Shown: positions 39,986 through 53,168 of the stretch, in pieces
How the letters are laid out: each line of letters begins with the position of its first letter
Numbering within the stretch: the stretch's first letter is position 1
DNA from: Callorhinchus milii
Taxonomy: Eukaryota
DNA length: 64,000 nt
Assembly (NCBI RefSeq): GCF_018977255.1
Contig: NW_024704743.1
Coordinates: forward strand, 75,146,001 to 75,210,000
Reading direction: 5' to 3'
Program-made: the position numbers and the translations under genes
Notes under the pieces: model-generated
Databases searched by the model: none
What the model was told of the DNA's origin: nothing
The model's input: only the letters and a program-made list of their open reading frames with translations

Positions 39986-40253
39986 GTCAGAGGCCTGATA
40001 TTCCACCAAGTCTTACATTGCAAGATTGTTTTAAATTAAAATTTTAAGATCTTACAGAAGCGAAGCTGAGGAAAATTCTTAAATTCTGTCTTAATTTGGA
40101 AGCTGTTTTTCTGCGATTCTTAAAAAGAACTGGCATTCCAAATTAAGACTGGGTTTAAGAGTTTAAGAATCTTTCACAATTCTGGGTCATCTTAAATTTG
40201 AAGGTAAAATGGTCTAACAGGGCCGAGATTAGATGGAATTTTAGGTGTCTGAC
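39986..40253. mobile_element. Palindromic MITE-like element
   Basis: Termini GTCAGAGGCCTGATATTCCACC and GATGGAATTTTAGGTGTCTGAC. Inner arms CTTAAATTCTGTCTTAATTTGGAA and TTCCAAATTAAGACTGGGTTTAAG. Confidence 0.7.
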
Positions 40254-40619
40254 AATTACAGCTGGGTTTACATAAGGTAAATATGATATGAAGATTTTGT
40301 AGTTTATGAACAGAGCATTAAATAAAGATTTTATGATAAATATAAAATCAGCATAATGCTTGCTGTGTTATACCTTTTAAAACCATATCCATATAAATTG
40401 AACATCCAATGAATCTAAATAAGCTATGTTAACACAGTCACACCTGGAAATAAAGGTTAGCTTTTAGCTGAATTGATTTACAGGCTCCAGAACGCAGTCT
40501 GTTTGAAAGATATTGCTTTTCATTGTTCTGTGAACTGACACTTCAAGGTTTTGATTAGCCTGGGTTCAGGCTTGAGTATAACACATGAAGATGTTGATTT
40601 TCATTGCTGTTCCATAGTA

Positions 40620-40920
40620 ATCATATCGATATACAGCACAGAAGAAGACAGCTATTTGGCCCATTGTGTCTGTGCCGCCTCTTGTAACAACAATCTTTTC
40701 TATCTTATTTACCTGCCCTTTACTATACCCCTGCAGCTGATTACTTTTAAGGTATTTATCTATTTCCCTTTTGAAGACCAATATGGATTCTGCTTTAACC
40801 ACCACTCCCGGCATACCCATATCCTAACTACTCTCTGTGTGTGAAAACAATTCTACTAACTTCCCCATTTGCTTGTTCACAAATTATCTTAAATTCATGC
40901 CCTCTGGTTGATGCCCGACC
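40620..40920 (-). mobile_element. CR1 3' fragment
   Basis: Minus ORF contains MPGVVVKAESILVFKREIDKYL. Confidence 0.75.
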
Positions 40921-41454
40921 AGTGAGTTCCCTTCACAGGACGACTGGGTCATATGGGTAGCATTCTGCCCTCTGAGACCGGAACCATTTCCGGTCCAGGC
41001 TGATCCCATGAGTCTCCTCTGTCTATAAACTGTAAGTAAACTGACAGGAAAAGGAACGGGCAATTCCCAAACCCAAATGAATGTAGGGACACGGGGATGA
41101 GTGTGGACTGCAGGTTGGGTCAGGGTGTAATACATGCGGTACACTTGCTCTTCATTTTGGTGATAATCTTGAATTTATAATCTCCTGTTACTGATTCACT
41201 GATCAGTGGAAACAATCTTTATCTTTACTCACTATCAATACCATTTACTCTTTCTATTGTTCTACTTACTCCCTATCAAACCATTCATACAATGTTAAAA
41301 CCTCTATCAGATCCCCTGCCAACCTTCACTGCTCCAGGAAAAAAAAGAGTCCTAACTTTTCAGATCTCTTGACACATCAATCACCCTGGCATCACATCCT
41401 TATGGGTTTCCCCAGCACTCTCTCCATGGTTTTAATGTACCAGGGAAATCCATA

Positions 41455-41830
41455 AAGCATGATGCCTGTATTGTCACCCGCACTAAACTCCGTAACTCCA
41501 TCACACCAGTCCACACCAAGCTCCACTGACTCCCTATCACAGAGCAGATCAATTTCATGATTCTCACACTCATCTACAAATCGCTTCACGCCCTGGCACC
41601 TCTCAACTTTCTGACTTACTTTCTCCCCACTCCACTACCCGCTCGGCAGGCTCTGGCCTCCTGCTTGTCCCTCGTTACCTTGCTCCACCATCGGTGATCC
41701 CGATTTAAGCCACTACTCCCCAAAGTGAAACTCTCTACCCCAATCCCCCCTCCATGCCCATTCCTTTCCCTCTTTTAGATCACGACTGAAGACCTTTGTC
41801 TTCGACTGCACTTATGGTCACCTCCTCCCT
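41455..41830 (+). mobile_element. L2 3' fragment
   Basis: AAGCTCCACTGACTCCCTATC...CCACCATCGGTG...CTGAAGACC is homologous to the long L2. Confidence 0.72.
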
Positions 41831-43183
41831 GCCCTGTCCGTTTGTTGCTTTTCCTCCCAAAATGAACACTTGAATTTTTTTTAATTGAATTCTATTTGCC
41901 ACTTATCTGCCTATTCTGTTTACACGTCTACATATTTCTCTAATTTTCTGCATTCCACTTCAGTTTGTTTGGAATCATCAGCAAATTTAGGTGCTTTGCA
42001 TTCTATTAAAATTGGCAATCTTACCTCAAAGTGCAAATCAATTTGGCAAGGTTGTGGGTTTTTCCTTTAAAGGCACAGGGAAAGAATGGGGATTTTTTGA
42101 AAAAATAGAGCCAGATGATGGGTTATTGAGGAAGTGTGCATGGAGGAAGCCAAAGATAAAACAAAGACACAGTATGAAAAAGCACAGAATTCTAGTAAGA
42201 ATAGTATTAAGAGCCATCTTATAAAGAGTAACAATGTTTCCCATCCCTCCCCCATTGAAAAGAAACTGCAGTTCTCTCCTGGAGATGCAACATAATTCAC
42301 CATGGCTAATTTTCTGAGTCTGGAGATGGTTCTTTACATCTCCTCCCACTTGTTCGATTTTCAGAGGTTGTGTTCGATTTAAAGCCACAGATATCTGCGT
42401 TAATGTCTCAGTACTCTGTTCTCTTCTTGATAAAAATAGCTGCAAGTGGGTAGCAGACCGAGAATTATAAAAACAACTCTGAAAGTCTTTGAAAGATTAA
42501 CTTTTACTGTATCCTGCGAGGCAGCTATCACCCACACAGCACACCTCATACTTTATCAGTGCATTCATTGCATAGTGAAGGATATGTGTACTGGAGATGT
42601 GCACAAAACATATGGTGAGATTCCTGATTTCATAATGCGTGAGTGGGAGAAATTTTAACACGAGGTGGAATTTTCAGCAACAATAATTATAATAATCCTT
42701 GCATTTGATGTAGCACCTTATCACGTTGTTGAGACATCTCTAAGACATTTATTGTGAAGTGAATTGACTCTTTGTTTAGTGGGTGAAACATGGCAGCCAA
42801 TTGTGCACAGCAGTGTTCAACAAACAGTCGTGGATTGAGTGACCAAATTTTTTTTTGAAAATATTAAATAAGGACAATTTTTCTTAAGAAGATGTCTTAA
42901 ATTAAGAACACTGAGTGGATTTCTTCCAAATATTTCTCTTTTCAAAGAGCCGGCACAGACACGATGGGCCGAATGGCCTCCTTCTGTGCTGTATAATTCT
43001 ATGGTTATGTTATGTTGTCAGGAGATGACCCCACCCCCACCTCTGAAAATAGACCTACTTTGAGGTGAACATTTTTCGTACTATTAATCGTAGGGCCTAT
43101 GATTTACAGCACACAAAAGACGTTTGCTTCAAAGTAAACACGGTAGAATCTGAAAACGGGACATCCCATTTACTGGGAGGGGG

Positions 43184-43200
43184 TGCTGCCATCTAGTGCT
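43184..43200 (-). promoter_or_regulatory. Candidate CTCF site
   Basis: Minus strand AGCACTAGATGGCAGCA is close to the CTCF core CCACYAGRKGGCRS. It lies in non-repeat sequence. Confidence 0.4.
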
Positions 43201-44834
43201 ATTGCAGAGTGCCAGGACAGTTTTGAAATGCCACAACATTTACCCAATTCTATACTCTATAATTCTGATGCCTTTTTGTCAAGAAAGAGGATTAGATAAA
43301 GTTAACATTTAGAGTTTTCTTCAAACTCTTTAATTTAAAATGTGAAGTTAATTCTGAAGTGTGTGCTTTCACAACGACTTACTTTATTCTCTAATGATAC
43401 TTTTGATCATCTTTCCCCTCCTATCTCAGGTGCCAAGCCAGTATTCTTAAGCACCTTGGCATATTCTTTCAATGTAAAAGGCACTGAATAAATGTAAATT
43501 TGTATTATACTCTACACAATGACAATAAAGAGTTTCTAAACGGGTTAGAATTTGAAACTAGCTCATTGACACTCTCAAAATTTGCCTAAATATGTTATCA
43601 CACCCGGACAATGTTTAATGTTGATGTTGTTGTCTTTTAGTTAGACTGGTCAATTTTGTATCCAGCATCCTACACTTCCCTCAACCCCTCTACTCCACAT
43701 TGGTGGCCAGGCTTTCAGCCACTATGCCGTGAAACTCTGACTCAATCCTCTGCCATGTCCCTTCTTTGCCTGTTTTCAGATCATACTTGAAGACCTTCCT
43801 CTTTAACCATACCTATATGGTCACCTCCCACATATCCCCAGCTCCGCCACTGTTGAGCGCTCTGAGATGCTACCCCAATGGATTCCATTTGTCAATTTGG
43901 GATGTCACCTACTCAAAAAGTTAATGAGGTTGGTTAGACAATATCTACCCCTCCCAAAATCATAATGTTTGTCATTTATCAGTTTATTTTCTTACAGGTG
44001 ATTTTCTAATTTGCTTTAACAATTATTCTAATTGAAATATACAGTTATTGAGGTTAATGGATCTCTGCTTGCCAAGGATGGCTTTGTCACCTTGAAATAT
44101 GGTCAAATATGAAATAAGTACATTCGCTCAGTTCCAGTCTGTCCGAACCTCCTTGGTAACAGAGAGGGGCGACATTCTTAATAATAATAATGATAGTAAT
44201 CTTTCCATTTGATATAGTGCCTTATCACGCTGTTGAGGCATCTCAAAGTGCTTCGTAGGAATTACTGTCAACCTTCTCACTCAGAGGCGAGAATGCTACC
44301 AACTGAGCCAGGCTGAGACACGGTCTGAACTGGATTTAGATACAAGTCCCACCAAAGGTGAAAGGTTCAAATCCTTTCTCGCTATTCCCTGAGTTATATC
44401 AGTTTGAAAACTTGCAGTTTAATTGAAAGGTTAATGAAAGGTTTTGGGGCAGATGAGTAATTGTGAGTTATAACCTCCAGAGCTGAGAATCTTAAATGTG
44501 ATAGAGAATTGAGAAGGCAGATGGAAAATTTCTCCAATGGGGAAATCAGAACAAGGGGATTAGTTAATTTTTTAACTAGCACTTAAACTGATTAGAAGTG
44601 AAACCAGAAATATATTTTACACAAAATGTTGCACACTTGTTTGCCTGGGAACATTTTCAAAATTAAATGAAGTATTTGGGAAGCAAGGAGAATAAATGAG
44701 ATGGGGAAAAATTAGGAGAACAGGATTAAAAAGAGTAATTGCCATCAAGAACTCACAAAATGGTGGCCCCGCATGGTCTCCTCTGTTCTTAAAATGTGAG
44801 TCAGAAGTGGGAATGCAGAAGGTAAACTCAATAT

Positions 44835-45052
44835 TGCTTCCTTCAAAACCTTTCCTTCGCCTCCTTCAAGGCGCATCTCAACACCTTCCACTTTGCCCGC
44901 GCCTTCAGTCATCTTCCCTCCTTCCCTACCCGCCTTGGTCACTCCCAAATCCAACCCCAGCTGGGGCCCAAACCCTCAACTGTCCAGCGCCTTGGGACGT
45001 TCTCCCTGTGTAAAAGGTACAATATAAATACAATTTGTTGTTGGTGGTGGTG
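44835..45052 (+). mobile_element. L2 3' end
   Basis: TCCAGCGCCTTGGGACGTTCTCCC...ATAAATACAATTTGTTGTTGGTGG. Confidence 0.75.
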
Positions 45053-46523
45053 GTCGGGATGAAAAAGTGCTTGAAGTTGTGCCACAAATTATAAACTCGA
45101 TTATACAATAATGAAAAATTAAATAGGTGCAGCAGACAGAGGGGGAGAGTTGAAGACAGACAGACAGGATGGGCATCTAGAGACGACAGGCAGGTGAGTA
45201 GACAGGCAGGTAGGCAGGCAGACAGTTACAGGTTTTACAAGTTCCAATATAAGAGCACATGCAGCATCCAATGTGCAAACAGAAGTTCATTATTCTATCA
45301 AATTGTAGCTGCCACCTTGGAATGACAGTCTTACACTGTAAGCAGACAGTATTTCCAGTGGCTGACATCTAGGGTTGCTGATGAATAGAAAGCTTTCTTT
45401 GGCCAAAGTAATTACAGATTATATATGTCAGTCTGAACAAATAACAAGTGGATTAATCACAGAACATCTGTAGTTTCGACACTTAAGAGTCTGATGGATT
45501 GCATTTTACAAGTATCCTTTGGCAATTGAAGGCATCCAGCTACAAATAATAAAAAAAAGGTTGGGCACCCCCAATTTATAGACATTTTATTAGACTAACC
45601 GAATAGTATGCCGTATCACATTTAAATTTAAATTGAGGTAGTTGGATTGAAGAGATCTTTAATGGAATATCGCCTAAAGTATAGAGGTTTGCCCCTTACA
45701 ACTAACACCGAAAAAAGTGTCACTTGTAATATAGACAAGTATACTTTGCACCTCAATTGAATCATTAGTCATTGGGGGATATTGTTAGGGTATGAACAGA
45801 TGGTAACCTTCTCCTGATTGGCCTGACTCACTAAGCACTCCAACTAAACACTGCACACTCTTTCAGTCCTGGTTTCTCGTTTAGGAATTTCAATGCAATT
45901 TCCATAAACCGATTTGAAGAGAAATTATATTTAGAAATCAAATGCCATCAGAAGTGAAGTTCAGATGAAGAATGCTCTTTGGTCCTCTTGTTCTCATCCT
46001 TTGAGCCCTCCCATTACAGTATCAAACTGATTCTTAAATGAATCCAGAATCCTGCCTTCAACCAGCCTTCCCGGTAACCTGTTCCAGTCATATTACCACA
46101 CCATTATACCGAGTACCTGATTGATGAAAAACTTTTGTTATATCCAATGGTCAACGAAGATAACATTTTGGAAAACAGTGGTTTATTGTAGGGATAAAAC
46201 CCTGAAGTGCTGACCTGCAGGAGCTGCTTTGTGCTTTTTCTTAGAACACAGATAAACATTTCCTGAATACCAACAACTGCTTTATAGCGGCGATCACCTG
46301 TACTGAATACAAATCAACTAGGAAGAGGAACAGGCAGAGTGGGAGGATGGAATATAGAACAGGAGGAGTGAGAGGAAGGAACATAGGAACAGAAGGAGTG
46401 AAAACTACCTTCAAAAATTGTCAGAGTGGAGAAGGTGATTATCCACAAACCCAAGGAAGCAGAATGTTCCATTTTTTAATCACATCATACCATTTCAAAG
46501 GGGTATAAAGCTAACCACAATGA

Positions 46524-46665
46524 GCGCCCTCCCCCCTCTGTGCCACCTCTAGCCCCGCCAGCCTCCCGCAGGCTGACAATGTCCTGCTGAACCCTTGTGC
46601 AGCGCCTTGGGACGCCCTCTTGACGTGAAAGGCGCTTTATAAATGGAATCTTGTTGTTGTTGTTG
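46524..46665 (+). mobile_element. Short L2 3' end with (TTG)n tail
   Basis: CAGCGCCTTGGGACGCCCTCTTGACGTGAAAGGCGCTTTATAAATG followed by (TTG)5. Confidence 0.85.
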
Positions 46666-49542
46666 AACCCGCCGCCTCTTGTCCCAGAGTGCGCTTCTTG
46701 GCTGCCGCCCCCGACCCGAGCTGGCCCTCCCTCAAAATACCCCTCCCTCCAACTCTCCCCCTCTGTCCTGCTCTCCCTCCGCCCTCCCCACCTCCTATCT
46801 CTGCTTGACCCCCCCCACTGCCTCCCTCTGCCCCAGCCTGGGAATCCTCATTGTGGCACTCGGCACTGGCTGTCCAGCAGCAGTCACACTGACTGCCCTA
46901 TTCCCCACCACCGCCACAAGCCACCCCGGACACTGACCCCGGGGGCTAACCTCTCCTCCCTCATCCGCATCCCCATCCTTCCTCCCAACTAACCCACTAC
47001 CCCCTCCCATCCCACACATCCCCCTGCCAACTGTCCACTCCGCATTGACCTTCAGGATGTCCGCTCCATCTCCAACAAGACACTGGCCGTCAATGAACTC
47101 ATTCTCGATGAGAAGATTGACATCATGGCTCTCACAGAAACCTGGATCACCCCAGGTGACACCTTTCCCCTCACTGAGGCCACACCACCTGGCTACACCT
47201 ATCACCACGCCCCAAGCCCCGACCATCGTGGCGGAAGTGTGGCCCTCATATCCAGGGCGTCACTTGCCCTATCCCCCTACTCCACCGGCTTGTTCCCCTC
47301 CTTCGAACACCTTACCCTCTGTCATCCCTCCCACCTCTGGCCCACCTCTGACATCAATCCACTTGCTGCACTCACTCTTCTCCACAGCACTCTCTCCACC
47401 ACACTCAACGTCCTTGCTGCCCTCACCTCCTGAACTGCCTCCTATTCCCGATCCTCACTCTGGTTCACCAGCCACCTCCACTCGCTTAAGGGCCAGATGT
47501 GATCTGCTGAACACACTTGGCTCAAATCTGGCCTAATGGTCCACCGCTACATCTGGCTGGACCTCATCAAGACCTACCACTCCGCTCTCGCCTCGGCCAA
47601 ATCATCCTTCTATTCCAGGTTAATCTTGAAGGCGAAGGCAACCCCAGACTCCTGTTCTCCACCACTAACCAGCTCCTCCGCCCTCCCCGACATGCCTCGC
47701 AGATACTTTCCTCTGACTCTCACTGCGAGAAAATGCTGGACTTACTCGAGTCCAAAATCGAGAGAATCCACTCAGCTGCCACTGCCCTCCCAACTTCCAC
47801 CCATTCCGTACCCCCACCCTTCACAATTACCCATCCGACAATTACCCATCCCTCCTTCCACACCTTGAACCTGTCACCCCCTCCTCTGTCTTCAACACAG
47901 TAACCTCCATGAAGTCCACCACCAGCAGGTGGACCCCATCCCCACCCCTCTCCTTAAATCCCAGCTCCGCCTCCTTGCCCCACTACTCGCTGACATCATT
48001 AACCTCTCCCTGTCATCTGGCACTGTTCCTTCCCCCCTCAAAACAGCCACTATCACCCCCACCTAGAAGAAACCTTCCCTCGACCCTCACAGCTATCCAG
48101 CTACCGGCCCATCTCAAATCTCCCCTTCCTATCCAAAGTCCATGAGAGAGCCATTGCCTCCCAGCTTCGCTCTTTCCTCTCCTCTCACTCCCTCCATGAA
48201 CCCCTCCAATCGGGTTTCCATGCTGCCCACAGCTCTGGTCAAGGTCACAAACAACATCCTGACCATGTGTGACCAGAGCTCCCTCTGCCTCCTCGTCCTC
48301 TCTGCCGCCTTTGACACCGTGGACCACTCAATCCTCCTCTGCCGCCTCTCTTCCCACCTCAACCTTCAAGGTTCTGTCCTTGACTGGTTCAGGTCCCACC
48401 TTTCACACCGCCTCCACTTCGTCGCGGCAGACCATTTCCCCTCCAGCCCCCGCACGTCTCGTGCGGTGTTCCTCAGGGTTCTGTCCTCGGTCCCCTCCTC
48501 TTCACCTTCTACATGCTCCCCTTTGGTGATGTCATCCGCAGACATGGGATAGGTTTCCACATGTATGTGGATGATACCCAACTCTACCTCTGCCTCCACC
48601 CTGAACTCCAGGACTACTGGCGTCCTGACCGACTGCCTGTCCGACATCAAGTACTGGATGAGGGCCAACTTTCTCCAACTCAACGTCGGCAAGACCGAGG
48701 CCTTCCTGATTGGCTCACGCCAGCGCCTCCGCACCTCAGGCACTGGCAGCATCAGCCTCCACGGCTGCACACTCAACCTCACTAAGCCAGTCAGGAACCT
48801 GGGTGTCTTGTTTGACCCTGAACTGTCCTTTCTCCCCCACATCCACGCCATGACTGGCACTGCCTATCACCACCTCCGCAACATTGCAAGACTCCGCCAC
48901 TGCCTCACCCCTCAGGCTGCCAAAACCCTCACCCACGCATTCGTCACCTCAAGACTTGATTACAGGAACTCCCTCCTCATCGGCCTTCCCAACTCTTCCC
49001 TTCACAAGCTGCAGATCATCCAAAACTCTGCAGCTCGTATACTCTCACGCACCAGGCTCCATGACCCCATCACTCCCACCCTCGCCCGACTCCACTGGCT
49101 CCCCATCCCCCAGAGGATCGAGTTCAAGATCCTCATCCTCACCTTTAAGGCCATCCATGGCCTTGTCCTCTCCTACCTCTCTGACCTGCTGACTCCCTAC
49201 CAACCTGCCCGCTCACTCCGTTCAGTGGGCCCCGGTCTGCTCCATGTCTCCTGCCCCACCCGCCCTACCATCGGTGGCCGGGCTTTCAGCCTCTCTGCCA
49301 CCACACTCTGGAACTCCATCCCACAGTCCCTTCGCCTCGCTTCCTCCCTTGTCTCCTTCAAGACCGGTCTCAAGACCCTTCTCTTCGACCGTGCCTTTGG
49401 TCTCCCTCCCACCTCCCTGCCTTCCCTCACCCCTACACCACCCCTCCCCCATGCTCGGGCCCCGACACTTGATTGTTCACCACTTTGGGATGGCATCCTG
49501 ACGTGAAAGGCGCTCTATAAATGTAATTTTGTTGTTGTTGTT
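46666..49542 (+). mobile_element. L2-clade LINE, ~2.9 kb, frameshifted and internally deleted ORF2 (APE endonuclease and RT)
   Basis: APE motifs IDIMALTETW and PPGYTYHHAP...RGGSVALI. RT motifs [14 protein letters not shown] and MYVDDTQLY. The 313-aa C-terminal ORF contains [19 protein letters not shown] and LHWLPIPQRIEFK. Ends in (TTG)n. Confidence 0.96.
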
Positions 49543-49843
49543 AAAGTAATTACTTTCAAATATGGTGACTGTTTTGTCACCAGTTGCAACAACCATTTGA
49601 CAAATAGCAAGCATCCTCAACCAGCTGAATAACCAATTAGTCAGGAAGGTTGTTGTTCAGCAATGTTTTTTTCAAATTGTGTTATAGGATCTTTGACATC
49701 CTCCCAAACTGCAGATGGGCCCTACTGCACCGCGCTTCCCCAAGACTGTCAGCTTAGTCTGTGAGCTTAAAGACTTCATAACCTTCTGACCCAGAAGCGA
49801 GGGAGCTACCAACTGAGCCAAATCTACACTGATCTCCTTGTAC

Positions 49844-50169
49844 GTGGAGTCCTGTAGCTCAGTGGTTAGAGCACTCGCTTTGCAAGCGAGAGACCTGAGT
49901 TCAATTCCAGGCAGGGCGAAACCTTGGGCAAGTTTCCTTACTCCACACGCCTAATAATAATCCCTCCAAAAAAACAAAACAATAATAAATTGGTCATTTT
50001 CAATCTACGACTGTTTGTGGGACATTGCTGTGCGCAATTGGCTGCCGCGTTCGCCCACAAATATACAGTCAATTCACTTTACAGTGTGTTCTGTGAAGCG
50101 CTTTGGGACGTCCTCCCGACGTGAAAAGCGCTATATCAAATGCAAGGATTATTATTATTATTATTATTA
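49844..50169 (+). mobile_element. Young tRNA-Ala-derived SINE (reference-like copy)
   Basis: A box TAGCTCAGTGG, anticodon arm CTCGC-TTTGCAA-GCGAG, B box GAGTTCAATTCC, (TTA)n tail. Confidence 0.96.
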
Positions 50170-50744
50170 CAATGAAAATACAAAAAAAATTGTGCTTGAT
50201 ACTTAGGATGGTTAAGTACGATCTGAAGAAGCCTTCACTACAATTCTGCAACAGCCGAGTTTCTGCAGACGACCATAAACAATTCACAACATCTACGAAG
50301 GAACGCTCTGTGCCTTTCTGTACCTCACAGCTACAGTACAGTCTCTGAGTAAACAGTGATTAGTTTCTCCAAAAAACGAATTTACAATGCAGGTTCTGGG
50401 CCCTATGGCTCTCAGTCTTTGCTTCATGTTTAGCTTAATATGTTTTTGGATGAAAAATATAATAAATTACATTTGAGGGTTGAGGTTAATAGACACGAAG
50501 ACAGAGAGAATGTTCCTACAAAAGTAAACGTGATCAGCTTGAGTGGCCTCCAGTTATGAACACTCTCACATATCATGTACAAAGGGGACAGGACTCTGTA
50601 CAGTATATGATTTATTACCACACACCACAACTTAAAAGTCAGAAGCCACACGCAATGAGCATTTTTCTTTCATTTGATTTTGAAGGGACGTGTTTTCACT
50701 TGCTGAAAAGGGAGGGTCCTTTAAGACTGACAACAAGATAAGAA

Positions 50745-51120
50745 GAATCCATGCATTTGATATAATGCCTTATCACATCGATGAGACATCTGAAAGTGTT
50801 TCACAGGATATACTGCAAACTGTAGTGAATATGTATTCTGTGGGCGAAACAAGGCAGCCAGTTTGCATATAGCAATGTCCGCACACACAGCCATGGAGTG
50901 AGACCAATTTTATTTTTTATTTTTGACCAGGATACCGGGAGAAATTCCCTTCTCTTTTCAAATAATGCTATGTATGCTTTAAAGTCCACCTGAACAAGTT
51001 GACAGGACTTCACTTTAACATGTCATCTGAAGAACGGTACCTCTGACAATGTAACATGCCCCCAAGCACTGCATAGGAGCATCCGCTTGGGCTATGTGAA
51101 TCCAAGTCATGACGTGGGCT
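50745..51120 (-). mobile_element. Old Deu-domain SINE
   Basis: Reverse tail and body plus GTCCACCTGAACAAG...TCATCTGAAGAACGGTACCTCTGACAATG. Confidence 0.8.
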
Positions 51121-52099
51121 AGTCCTGGAGGATAGCCCTAATTTATATAATCCAAGGTGCATGGTGACCAGACAGCACTTTTTAAAAACACTTTGGATTA
51201 TTTTAATGGAAAAGATTCCCAATATTATACAAATAATTTGTTCATCAAAACAAGAAGATGATTTAAAGGGATCAGATGTTACATTGATTTCGCGTTTTAA
51301 TGGTTTATATTAGTAACAGTATATGGTGTATACATTAGGTTTAACGCCATGAATGCTTTGCTAAAGACCCCCCTACAACCACCTGCCCACCCAATTAATG
51401 GTGAAACGTTTTGTCTAATGTCCATGTGACATGATGCACATCAAACTGTTCTCAGGGGTTTGTTGTACTGAAAGTGATTGGAACTAGGGCTGTTTGTCAT
51501 GTCCCTGGTCTAAAGTTCCCAAGAGAGATGTGGAAAAAGAAGATCATTCAGCTCACTGGACCTGAACTCTATGCAGTACTCCAGGCATAGACAACCCAGA
51601 GAACTGTTCAGTTTGAGCACAACCTGTGAGAGCTCTGGGCTGCCAGGAGCTCTCCCACCACTCCTCCCCTCTCCCGACAGCAGGTTTTCCAAAGTTAATC
51701 ATGTTTTGTTAAGGGACCAACCACCAGAAACACAATTTGTGATGTAATTGTGTGTTACAAATGACATTGTTTTTATTGATAATTGTTAATGAAGCATGAT
51801 GATAATCATTAAGTTACTCTTGTTCTCTTTATCACATTGCCTGCAACGGTACTAGATAAATAGCACTGCACCAGATAATGGGCTTGATTTTCTGATACGG
51901 TTATCAGTTTAACTTCTGCTCTGCCTTGGGATTCAGGGGGATGTAAAGGAATTGCACTGTTGTCACTATTTCAAAGAAACATTTGACTTTTTCGCCCCTT
52001 TATCCTGGCTTACATTTCCTCCCTCAGCCAAATTGACTGGCGGCTCCTTTCACATCATGGTGACTATCCTCCTTGGGGGGAGAGGGGGAGGTAAGTTGG

Positions 52100-52576
52100 G
52101 TTTCCCTTGGAGCTGAACTGTCTCCAAGGTGACATGCCTGGCAATGGCGCTGTGTGGCAGTCCCAGTGGTCTGGTTCCTGAGCCAGGCAGGTCTGCAGTA
52201 TTTCAGGGCACTGCTGATGACAACACAGGCAGCCTGGCTCATCTACAGGACCTGGAAGGACAGACCAGTCACTGGGGGCAGGGAGTCATCCCACTCAGCT
52301 CCTGATAACCCTGCAAGCCAAAGCCCTAATGGGTAGAGTGGTCCTAGCTGGACAAGCCGCAGGAAAGCTTGCCAAACAGCAATATCAATGGCAAGCTATG
52401 CGGTTTTAGCTGCTTAGACTCAAGCAGTACCTCAACGTACACTATGGGGTCCCTAAGCCTGGGCTCTTGCCAACCTGCGCTTAATGGGATTTCCATGTGT
52501 AGGTGGGACGCATGGGAATCTCAGCTTGGTTTGCATACTCTTAACCATGGTGATGGGTTTCCGCAAGTGTCAGACA
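52100..52576 (+). mobile_element. Family X copy F, with an upstream coding-like extension
   Basis: 52325-52576 is homologous to copies C, G and I. Upstream reads WQWRCVAVPVVWFLSQAGLQYFRALLMTTQAAWLIYRTW. Confidence 0.7.
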
Positions 52577-53168
52577 TTCCTCTTTCTCCGTGCTTTCAGT
52601 CATCTTTCACCTCTCAACCCCACTCTCGTCTCCCACCCCCAGTTTGTGTGCCAAGCTAGGACTGTCAAGTGCCTTGGGATATCCTCCCAATATGAAAGGT
52701 GCTATATAAATGTAAATTTATATTGTGTTTGTAATAAAGGGATGTTGCTGGTGCAAACTGGTTGCCGTGTTTGCCTATAGAACAGCATTCATTTTAATTT
52801 CTAATTAATGTTATTTTGTAAAATATTTCTGGTAAAATGTTGTTTATAGAAAGTGAAAGGCTCTCCATTAAACCAATTATTGAAATGATTATTAATATTA
52901 AATGTCTCGCTTATATCATTTATAACACGATTGGGTAGTAAAGCCAGAGTTTGGGATAACTGTTTATCTGCAGGACATATAACACGTTATGCTGGTTGGC
53001 AAACTTCACTCCTAGATGCCCAAACTTTGCAATCCTCTATGTGTTGTGATAGTACTGTGCTGGATCAGTCACTCAAACAGAATTAAACTACATCTAAATT
53101 AATACTAAAGTTAAATTAGCCAACTTCAAGGATCAGTTTTGTCCGTCAGCAGAACAGAATCATACTGC

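Noticed and set aside
48565..49506. 313-aa ORF as a host gene
   Set aside because: It is the C-terminal part of a frameshifted L2 ORF2.
49848..49920. tRNA-Ala(TGC) gene (also in five other copies)
   Set aside because: The cloverleaf is the head of a SINE that continues into a fixed body and (TTA)n tail, so it is not called a tRNA gene.
49905..49950. GGCGAAACC hairpin in the SINE as a ribozyme core
   Set aside because: I could not build a hammerhead or HDV-like fold by eye. A covariance-model search would be needed.
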